The notes under the pieces: generated by a model
The model's input: the letters and a program-made list of their open reading frames with translations, nothing else
What the model was told of the DNA's origin: nothing
The model's database searches: none
Source: an uncultured Bacilli bacterium
GTDB taxonomy: Bacteria; Bacillota_I; Bacilli_A; RF39; UBA660
Assembly: GCA_949425575.1 (NCBI GenBank)
Contig: CASPVX010000003.1
Span: 1 to 59,323, forward strand
DNA length: 59,323 nucleotides
Reading direction: 5' to 3'
Translations under genes and position numbers: made by a program
In this document: positions 18,744 to 26,123 of the stretch, in pieces
How positions within the stretch are numbered: position 1 is the first letter of the stretch
Layout of the letters: each line of letters begins with the position of its first letter

Positions 18744-19865
18744 ATGGAAGAAAAAATTAAAAATAATATGAATAGATTCGAGGAAAATTTAAGTCCTTAT
18801 GCATGTTTGAATAGTGAAGCTATTAGATTTATCAAATTGAACGATAATGATATAAGAACTGATTATTTTAGAGATATTGATCGCATAATTTTTTCTCTAT
18901 CTTATTCTAGATATAGTGATAAAACCCAAGTTTATAGTTTTACTGATAACGATCATATTAGTAAACGAATGACACATGTTCAATTAGTTAGTAAAGTTGC
19001 GAGAACAATTGGTAGGGCGCTTAGACTAAATGAAGATTTAATAGAAGCCGCTGCATTAGGCCATGATTTAGGTCATGTTCCATTTGGGCATGCAGGTGAA
19101 AGCATTTTAAATAAAATTTCATTAGAAAATAATGAGGGCTATTTTAACCATAATGTTCAAAGTGTTAGAAACCTTATGTATTTAGAAAAAAATGGGAAAG
19201 GTAAAAATATAACGGTACAAGTATTAGATGCTATTTTATGCCATAATGGAGAGTTCGCACTAAAAAAGTATAGGCCTAGAAAGAAAACTAAGGAAGAGTT
19301 TTTGGAGGAATATAATCTAACATATAAAGATCCAGATATGGTTAAAAAATTAGTACCAATGACACTAGAGGGGTGTGTTGTGCGAATAAGTGATATTATT
19401 GCTTATATCGGAAGAGATATTGAAGATGCAATTCGTCTTGGTGTAATTGATATAAATGATATTCCGAAAGATATAACAGATATTTTAGGAGTAAATAATA
19501 AAGCCACAATTTGTACATTAGTCAATGATATTGTAATGAATAGTTATGGTAAAGATTATCTATGTATGAGTGATGAAGTTTTTGATGCACTTGTAAAATT
19601 AAAACAATTTAATTATAAAAATATTTATGAAAAAGTGGTTAATGAAGAAATACTAAGTTATTATGAAAAAATGTTTAGGACAGTGTTTGACAAATTGTTA
19701 GAAGCTTTAAATAAACACGATATGGGTAGTTCTATTTATACAGTTTATTTAAATAACATGAATAAAGAATATTTAGAAAACACTACAAATGCAAGAAAAG
19801 TAATAGATTATATAGCAGGAATGACAGATGATTTCTTTTTGAAACAATATGAAATTATGAAATAG
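18744..19865 (+). CDS. HD-domain dNTP triphosphohydrolase (dGTPase-like)
   Basis: RMTHVQLVS...ALGHDLGHVPFGHAGE...CHNGEF...DD. Confidence 0.8.
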   Translation: MEEKIKNNMNRFEENLSPYACLNSEAIRFIKLNDNDIRTDYFRDIDRIIFSLSYSRYSDKTQVYSFTDNDHISKRMTHVQLVSKVARTIGRALRLNEDLIEAAALGHDLGHVPFGHAGESILNKISLENNEGYFNHNVQSVRNLMYLEKNGKGKNITVQVLDAILCHNGEFALKKYRPRKKTKEEFLEEYNLTYKDPDMVKKLVPMTLEGCVVRISDIIAYIGRDIEDAIRLGVIDINDIPKDITDILGVNNKATICTLVNDIVMNSYGKDYLCMSDEVFDALVKLKQFNYKNIYEKVVNEEILSYYEKMFRTVFDKLLEALNKHDMGSSIYTVYLNNMNKEYLENTTNARKVIDYIAGMTDDFFLKQYEIMK

Positions 19866-19886
19866 TTTTAACGAATGGAGTAGTTT

Positions 19887-20825
19887 ATGAAAAAAAGGCA
19901 AGAAGTATATGATTTATATTGGTATTTTGCATGTGAAAGACAAAATATTTTTATGAAAAAAACAAATGGGATGTCAGCTCCATGGACTGAAGATCCTATT
20001 TTGCAAGAGTATAAGTTTTGTAATAGTTATAGAGTGAATGATAGAGTAAGCCAATACTTATTAAAAAAGGTCATATATAATGGTAAAACATATTCTGATG
20101 AAGATATGCTATTTAGAATATTATTATTTAAAATCTTTAATAAAGAATCAACTTGGGAGTTATTATTAAATGAATTTGATGATATAACATTAAAAGGATT
20201 TAATAAAAAAGAGTATTCTAGAGTATTAGAAAATGCCATATCAAGTGGTATTAAAATATATAATGATGCTTATATAAGTTGTGCGAATAAAGTTTTTGGT
20301 TATGATAGAAAGCATGATAATCATTTAGAATTACTTAACAAAATGTTTAACGAGGATAATATTCAAAATAAAATAATTAAATGTAAGAACATGGAAGAAG
20401 CATTTAATATTATAAAAAGTTATCCCTTAATTGGTAATTTTATGGCTTATCAGTTAGTTACAGATATTAATTATAGTGAAGTTGTTAATTGGAAAGAAGA
20501 TGAATTTACAGTAGCTGGACCTGGTTCACTAAGAGGTATTAAAAAATGCTTTATTGATAAAGGCAACATGTCCAATGAAGACATTATTAGATACATGTAT
20601 GAACATCAAGATAAAGAATTTAAAAGATTAAATCTAAATTTCCAAAGAATAGGAAATAGACCTTTACAACTTATAGATTGTCAAAATATATTTTGTGAAT
20701 TAGATAAATATTGTAGACAAGCATTACCAGATTTAAAATCTAATAGAACTAAAATAAAGAAAAAATATATACCTAAAACACAACAAATTGAGTATATGTA
20801 TCCACCTAAATGGAATATAAAATAA
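19887..20825 (+). CDS. Putative DNA-base-hypermodification-type protein (5-hmdU DNA kinase helical domain / aGPT-pyrophosphorylase-like)
   Basis: N-terminal signature YDLYWYFACERQNIFMKK...PWTEDPILQEYKFCNSYRVNDRVSQYL, recalled from that superfamily. Needs an HMM check. Confidence 0.4.
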   Translation: MKKRQEVYDLYWYFACERQNIFMKKTNGMSAPWTEDPILQEYKFCNSYRVNDRVSQYLLKKVIYNGKTYSDEDMLFRILLFKIFNKESTWELLLNEFDDITLKGFNKKEYSRVLENAISSGIKIYNDAYISCANKVFGYDRKHDNHLELLNKMFNEDNIQNKIIKCKNMEEAFNIIKSYPLIGNFMAYQLVTDINYSEVVNWKEDEFTVAGPGSLRGIKKCFIDKGNMSNEDIIRYMYEHQDKEFKRLNLNFQRIGNRPLQLIDCQNIFCELDKYCRQALPDLKSNRTKIKKKYIPKTQQIEYMYPPKWNIK

Positions 20826-20857
20826 AAACTTACGAAATATTTATTCGTAAGTTTTTT
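20824..20857. terminator. Bidirectional intrinsic terminator
   Basis: 12-bp stem AAAACTTACGAA/TTCGTAAGTTTT, 7-nt loop, A-run and T-run flanks. Confidence 0.85.
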
Positions 20858-20869
20858 ATATAATTATTG

Positions 20870-21337
20870 TTATTTTTTATCTTTCCATTCATGATAAAGT
20901 ATATCTTTTAAAACTAACATACTATCTAATTCATTATAATCATAATCCTTTATTAATTGATTTAATAATTTTCTAATTTCTGTACGATATTTTAATATAT
21001 CTACTTTATTAGAATATGTTGCCAGTACTGGGTATTTCTTACTCCAAGCATTTGTCCAGTCAATTTTTGCTTCTTTTTTTTCATCAGAGTTTTTAATTAT
21101 TTCTTCTATTTCTTTTACATCAACATCAAATTCTATTAACTCATCTAAAGAAAGATTATATAACTTTGCTAATTTTTTTGATTGATAAACATCTGGAATT
21201 GTTTCATCTGTTTCCCATTTAGAAATTGTCTGTCTACTTACACCTAATTTTTCAGCCACCATTTCTTGGGATAGCCCTGTTTTTTTCTTGCTTGAAATAA
21301 ATTGTTTCCTAGATTCATTTTTCCACCTCCAAATCAA
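20870..21337 (-). CDS. XRE-family HTH transcriptional regulator. The 5' end is probably frameshifted (see finding)
   Basis: GLSQEMVAEKLGVSRQTISKWETDETIPD HTH. The ORF only opens with TTG, while the RBS-linked ATG at 21318 is in another frame. Confidence 0.7.
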   Translation of the reverse strand: MIWRWKNESRKQFISSKKKTGLSQEMVAEKLGVSRQTISKWETDETIPDVYQSKKLAKLYNLSLDELIEFDVDVKEIEEIIKNSDEKKEAKIDWTNAWSKKYPVLATYSNKVDILKYRTEIRKLLNQLIKDYDYNELDSMLVLKDILYHEWKDKK

Positions 21338-21412
21338 GTATATAATTTTTGTTTATATTTTTCTATCAATATTTTTTTGCACTTGCGCTAAAATAATTAA
21401 CATTTTATAAAT

Positions 21413-21438
21413 AAAAAACTCACATATAATGTGAGTTT
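21413..21438 (-). terminator. Intrinsic terminator downstream of tRNA-Gly
   Basis: Minus-strand stem ACTCACAT/ATGTGAGT, 3-nt loop, U-run (A6 on the + strand). Confidence 0.7.
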
Positions 21439-21447
21439 AAATATCAA

Positions 21448-21521
<74 letters not shown>

Positions 21522-21716
21522 AATTGGTAGGCACTTTTCATTTTACCATAATTTATTATTTTGTCAAGAACATTTGACGTAAAAAAATGTCAAAATAAAA
21601 AGTTATTTAATATTATTATAAAACAAGTTAAAAAATGACTATATTTAAAATTTTACAATCGTCATAAATTCAATTTGTATTCATAGTATTAAATATAGAA
21701 ATTGGAGGAATTATTT

Positions 21717-21977
21717 ATGGAAATACTTAAAGTAAGAGCTAAATCAAACCCAAATTCAGTTGCTGGGGCTTTAGCTAATGTTTTTAGAGAAAAAGGAACT
21801 GTAGAAATACAAGCAATAGGTGCTGGAGCACTTAATCAAGCAATAAAGGCAATTGCAATAGCTCGTGGTTTTGTCGCACCATCAGGTAAAAATTTAATAT
21901 GCATACCAGCATTTACAGATATTGTAATAGATGGTGAGGAGCGAACTGCAATTAAATTAATTGTAGAATCTCGATAA
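21717..21977 (+). CDS. spoVS: Stage V sporulation protein S
   Basis: MEILKVRAKSNPNSVAGALA...IQAIGAGALNQAIKAIAIARGFVAPSG..LICIPAFTDI.IDGEERTAIKLIVE is near-identical to B. subtilis SpoVS. GGAGG RBS precedes the ATG at 21717. Confidence 0.95.
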   Translation: MEILKVRAKSNPNSVAGALANVFREKGTVEIQAIGAGALNQAIKAIAIARGFVAPSGKNLICIPAFTDIVIDGEERTAIKLIVESR

Positions 21978-21978
21978 T

Positions 21979-22005
21979 AAAGCAAGGTATATTTCCTTGC
22001 TTTTT
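21979..22005 (+). terminator. Intrinsic terminator
   Basis: Stem AAGCAAGG/CCTTGCTT, 7-nt loop, T-run. Confidence 0.8.
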
Positions 22006-22044
22006 ATATACAATTGAATTATAATAAGCAAAAAAGGTGATTAT

Positions 22045-22479
22045 ATGGACGAAAATATGAAAAGAAGTATTATTTTGGAAAACTACCAAAATCCAACTAA
22101 TAAAGGATTAATTAATGATGACAGTTATATTAGAGTTAATATGAATAGTGAAAGTTGTATTGATGAAATTGATTTAATGGTAAAAATGCAAGATGGTATT
22201 ATTAAAGATATAAGATTTGATGGCGAATCATGTGCAATATGTACATCATCAACATCTGTAATGATTAATACTTTAATTGGTAAAACACTAATAGAGGCAA
22301 AAGAAATAATTAAAAATTTTGAAAATATGATAGATGAAAAAAAATATGATTCAAATTTACTTGGAGAAGCAAATGTATACGATGATATATATAAACAAGC
22401 CAATAGAAAAAAATGTGCTCTTTTGTCTTGGTGGGGAATAGAAAAAGCTTTTGAGGAGTTAGAAAATGAAAATAGATGA
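22045..22479 (+). CDS. sufU: SufU/IscU-type Fe-S cluster scaffold/sulfur transfer protein
   Basis: ILENYQNPTNKG, SCIDEI, FDGESCAICTSS, KKCALLSW. Collinear with B. subtilis SufU. Confidence 0.8.
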   Translation: MDENMKRSIILENYQNPTNKGLINDDSYIRVNMNSESCIDEIDLMVKMQDGIIKDIRFDGESCAICTSSTSVMINTLIGKTLIEAKEIIKNFENMIDEKKYDSNLLGEANVYDDIYKQANRKKCALLSWWGIEKAFEELENENR

Positions 22480-23116
22480 TATATTTTTATGTAGATGCCG
22501 TATTGGTATTAAAGTAAAAGATAAAAACGGAAAAATTATATTAAGAAAATTACCTAAAACGGAATTATGTTTTAGTGCAAATGGTATTTATTATGGAATA
22601 GTAGATTTTAAAAAATATTCAGTAGTTTCGGAGTTTAATGAGCTTGAAGAAGAATGTGTTGTGATGGCGACTAGACTTAATGAATTAGAATTACCTGCCA
22701 GTAGTCAGAAAAACTTTAGACAAATTAAAGAAGCTCTTTTTCATAGGATACAATCAGAAAGAAAAACTGTAAGAAGTATAGAAGAATACACACAAATGTT
22801 ACCACATATAGAATTAGTTTGGTGTAAAAAAGGTAAAGTTACAGAAAAAAATGGCAAAAAAGAAATTGTTGATCTTCCAGAAAAATCTTGCGTTGCAGTT
22901 TTATACAGTGGACTTTTTTATGATTTGAATGATGGAAAAGAAATAAAAAGATTAGATTATGAAGCTGATTGTGGAGAAATAGTAGCTTATTCCTTTGTTT
23001 CAATAGTTCCAGATGATTTTGGTGAAGAGTATAAAAACTATATGCTTGCTGCTGCAATGGTTGTATCATCATTAGAAAGTGAAGATGATTTACCTAAAGT
23101 ACTTTATCTTAGATAG
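22466..23116 (+). CDS. Hypothetical protein with internal ~55-aa duplication, translationally coupled to sufU
   Basis: Start overlaps the sufU 3' end. KVKDKNGKIILRKLPKTELC...G.YYGIVDFK aligns with KVTEKNGKKEIVDLPEKSC...GLFYDLNDGK. Confidence 0.5.
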   Translation: MKIDDIFLCRCRIGIKVKDKNGKIILRKLPKTELCFSANGIYYGIVDFKKYSVVSEFNELEEECVVMATRLNELELPASSQKNFRQIKEALFHRIQSERKTVRSIEEYTQMLPHIELVWCKKGKVTEKNGKKEIVDLPEKSCVAVLYSGLFYDLNDGKEIKRLDYEADCGEIVAYSFVSIVPDDFGEEYKNYMLAAAMVVSSLESEDDLPKVLYLR

Positions 23117-23186
23117 TTTAAAGAGAATAACAAAATTCTCTTTTTATTTTAATTTAATTTTAGTATAATAATTGTAGGTGAAAAAA

Positions 23187-24497
23187 ATGAAAGAACTAGG
23201 TTTAAGCAAAGAGAAAATAAAAACAATATCAAAATCAAAAAAAGAGCCTAAGTGGATGCTTGATTTTAGATTAAAATCATATGAAGAATTTTTAAATCAA
23301 TCTAATCCAAATTTTGGACCAGAACTTAAAATAGATTTTGATGAGGTAAACTATTATAAAAAAGTATCAGATAATGTTACAGATGATTGGGGTAATGTAG
23401 ATTGTCCAATTAGAAATACCTTTGAAGAGGTAGGGGTAATAGATGCTGAAAAGAAATATTTGGACGGTATAGGTGCACAATATGAAAGCGAAGTTGTTTA
23501 TCATAATATGATTAAAGAACTTGAAGATAAAAATGTTATATTTTGTAGTACCGATGATGCTTTAAAAAAACACCCAGAACTATTTAAAAAGTATTTTAAT
23601 AATTTAGTTAAATATAATGAAAATAAATATACTGCCTTAAATGGTGCTGTATGGAGTGGAGGGACATTTATTTATGTACCCCCGCATACTAAAATAGATA
23701 GACCACTTCAAAGTTATTTTAGAATAGATAGTAAAAACATGGGACAATTTGAAAGAACGATTATAATTGTAGATGAGGGTAGTAGTCTTCATTATATGGA
23801 AGGATGTACTGCTAGAAAACATTCGTCAAGTTCTCTGCACGCAGCAGTTGTTGAAATATACGTTGGTAAGAATGCTAGTTGTAGATATACAACTATTCAA
23901 AATTGGGCTTCTAACGTTTATAATTTGGTAACAAAAAGATCTATAATTGAAGAAAACGGATTAATGGAATGGATAGATGGTAATATTGGTTCAAAAATAA
24001 ATATGAAATATCCTAGTTGTATTTTAAATGGAAGAGGTGCCACAGGTAATTGTATTTCAGTTGCAGTTGCTAAAGATGACCAAATACAAGATACAGGAGC
24101 TAAAATGATTCATTTAGCGCCAAATACTACAAGTAAAATTATTAGTAAATCTATAGCTGCAAGTGGGGGAGAAGCAAGTTATAGAGGTACAGTTAAAATT
24201 TCTAAAAATGCGGTTAAATCAAAAGCCATTGTAAAGTGTGATACAATTATTTTAGATCAAAATTCTAAGAGTGATACAATTCCAAAAAATATTGTAGAAA
24301 ATAAAGAATCTTATTTAGAGCATGAAGCAACTGTTTCAAAAATTAGTAAAGAAAAATTATTCTATTTAATGAGTAGAGGTTTAAATGAAGAGCAAGCTAA
24401 AGAATTATTAATTATTGGTTTTATAGATGAATTTAGAGAAAATTTACCTATGGAATATGCTGTTGAATTAAACGCACTTATGAAGAGTTATTTTTAA
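23187..24497 (+). CDS. sufB: Fe-S cluster assembly protein SufB
   Basis: KKEPKWMLDFRLKSYEEF, GAQYESEVVYHN, MEGCTA, beta-helix region. AGGTGA RBS favours the ATG at 23187 over the GTG at 23178. Confidence 0.85.
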   Translation: MKELGLSKEKIKTISKSKKEPKWMLDFRLKSYEEFLNQSNPNFGPELKIDFDEVNYYKKVSDNVTDDWGNVDCPIRNTFEEVGVIDAEKKYLDGIGAQYESEVVYHNMIKELEDKNVIFCSTDDALKKHPELFKKYFNNLVKYNENKYTALNGAVWSGGTFIYVPPHTKIDRPLQSYFRIDSKNMGQFERTIIIVDEGSSLHYMEGCTARKHSSSSLHAAVVEIYVGKNASCRYTTIQNWASNVYNLVTKRSIIEENGLMEWIDGNIGSKINMKYPSCILNGRGATGNCISVAVAKDDQIQDTGAKMIHLAPNTTSKIISKSIAASGGEASYRGTVKISKNAVKSKAIVKCDTIILDQNSKSDTIPKNIVENKESYLEHEATVSKISKEKLFYLMSRGLNEEQAKELLIIGFIDEFRENLPMEYAVELNALMKSYF

Positions 24498-24510
24498 AGG
24501 GGATGAAAAT

Positions 24511-24885
24511 ATGTTTGATGAAAAATTAGAAGAAATGCAAAATGATGTGTATGGAAATGATGATAAACAAAAAATCAGAAAACTTATGATTATATGTGCG
24601 ATAGTATTGGTTATTATTTTAATAGGGCTTTTTATTAAAAGCAAAATAGACTATTCAAATAATAGTAAAAACCTAGAAAAATATGCTAGTGAATACTATA
24701 ATGAAAATATGAAAAGTGCCAATCTGGCTGCAGGGTATGTTGTAAATCTACAAATGTTAGAAAGTGTAGATAAATACGATTTGGATTATTTCAAAAAATG
24801 TGATAAAACAGATACAAATGTTGATATATATGTAGATGAAATTGGTGAAATTATTAAAACAAAAGCTAATATAAAGTGTAAATAA
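24511..24885 (+). CDS. Hypothetical single-pass membrane protein
   Basis: RBS GGGGA. One TM helix (LMIICAIVLVIILIGLFI). Confidence 0.45.
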   Translation: MFDEKLEEMQNDVYGNDDKQKIRKLMIICAIVLVIILIGLFIKSKIDYSNNSKNLEKYASEYYNENMKSANLAAGYVVNLQMLESVDKYDLDYFKKCDKTDTNVDIYVDEIGEIIKTKANIKCK

Positions 24886-24918
24886 AGAAAGTTGAAAATT
24901 GTCTAACTTTCTTTTTTT
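24884..24918 (+). terminator. Intrinsic terminator
   Basis: Stem AAAGAAAGTT/AACTTTCTTT, 11-nt loop, T-run. Confidence 0.7.
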
Positions 24919-25060
24919 GATACTATTTTTCATTTCAATTCGCCATTTTCGATTAATGAAAATAGTAAATTCACTATATAAATAATATATAATTTAACAA
25001 ATTCATCATTTGCTGTAAGTGATTTATATCAGTATATTATTTTACTGGAAAGGAGGAAAA

Positions 25061-25387
25061 ATGCTAAATCAAACAGTATTGGTAGGAAGATTAACAAGAG
25101 ATCCAGAGTTATATGAAACAGAAAATGGTAATAAAATGACTAGATTAACACTAGCGGTACCTCGTTCATATAAAAATGTAGATGGACAATATGATACAGA
25201 TTTCATAAACTGTAAGTTGTGGAAAGGCGTAGCTGAAAGTACTGCTGAATATTGCAAAAAAGGCGATCTTGTTGGACTCAAGGGAAGATTACAATCTGGT
25301 AGTTATGAAAATGAACAAGGGATGCAATATTTTACTGAAGTCGTTGCTGAAAAAGTTACATTTCTTTCAAGCAAAAGCAAGAACTAA
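25061..25387 (+). CDS. ssb: Single-stranded DNA-binding protein, short form without acidic C-terminal tail (SsbB-like)
   Basis: MLNQTVLVGRLTRDPEL...TRLTLAV.R...... OB-fold. Ends ...FLSSKSKN with no D/E-rich ...DDLPF-type tail. AGGAGG RBS before 25061. Confidence 0.8.
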   Translation: MLNQTVLVGRLTRDPELYETENGNKMTRLTLAVPRSYKNVDGQYDTDFINCKLWKGVAESTAEYCKKGDLVGLKGRLQSGSYENEQGMQYFTEVVAEKVTFLSSKSKN

Positions 25388-25401
25388 TTGTTCTTGCTTT
25401 T
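25374..25401. terminator. Bidirectional hairpin holding the stop codons of both convergent genes
   Basis: 11-bp stem AAAGCAAGAAC/GTTCTTGCTTT, loop TAATT. Confidence 0.7.
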
Positions 25402-25590
25402 AAATTCATCATAAAATAAATCATCAGGCTTTAAATTAAATATTTTGGCAATTTTTACAGCCATAGCATAACTAAGGTTTCTTTTTTTGTTTTCTAATTG
25501 CCAATAGTAAGATTTACAAAGCCCCAATTTTATTGCCATTTCTTGGTACGTCAGATTGTTTTCAATCCTTACATTTTTAAGCTTATTCAT
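25384..25590 (-). CDS. Small XRE/Cro-like HTH protein
   Basis: GGGGGG RBS, then MNKLKNVRIENNLTYQEMAIKLGL.KSYYWQLENKKRN. Confidence 0.75.
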   Translation of the reverse strand: MNKLKNVRIENNLTYQEMAIKLGLCKSYYWQLENKKRNLSYAMAVKIAKIFNLKPDDLFYDEFKSKNN

Positions 25591-25718
25591 AGAATCCCCC
25601 CAAACCATTATATATGACAATACCTCTTAAATCAAGAAAAAAGGTAACTACGAGTTAATTCGGGACAATTTGTATCTTTTCCTTGATATAATTTGCGATA
25701 GAAAGGGAGGTGTTTTAG

Positions 25719-26066
25719 ATGCTTGGACAAAGAATTAAAGAAGCTAGATTGTCAAAAGGTTTATCTCAAGAGCAACTTGGCGATTTAATTGGTGTATCAA
25801 AAGTAACTATTTGTTGGTATGAAAGCAATACTAGAACACCTAGTCTTGAAAATTTTGAAAAGTTAGTTGATGCTTTAGGAATAAGTGCAGACGACGCACT
25901 TGGTAAGGAAATAACTGCTGTAAGTGAAAACTCTGAATATACCGTAAAAGTAGCAAAGAAAGATTTAGAAATACTATCCGCACTTAAAGCTCAAAAGAAT
26001 GTTTATAATAAACTTTATGAAGATCCAATTAGAACTTCTGAATTAATTTCTAGAAAATTAAAATAA
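25719..26066 (+). CDS. XRE-family HTH regulator (cI-like partner, divergent from 25590)
   Basis: MLGQRIKEARLSKGLSQEQLGDLIGVSKVTICWYESNTRTPSLE. Confidence 0.8.
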   Translation: MLGQRIKEARLSKGLSQEQLGDLIGVSKVTICWYESNTRTPSLENFEKLVDALGISADDALGKEITAVSENSEYTVKVAKKDLEILSALKAQKNVYNKLYEDPIRTSELISRKLK

Positions 26067-26123
26067 CTTAATATAAGAATCTTATGATTCTTTTTTTGTG
26101 TTATAATTTTAATAGGTGGTAGT

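Noticed and set aside
24923-24965. Imperfect inverted repeat CTATTTTTCAT...ATGAAAATAG upstream of ssb.
   Set aside because: The arms are unequal (T5 versus A4), the loop is long, and there is no T-run. That is insufficient to call a terminator or an operator.
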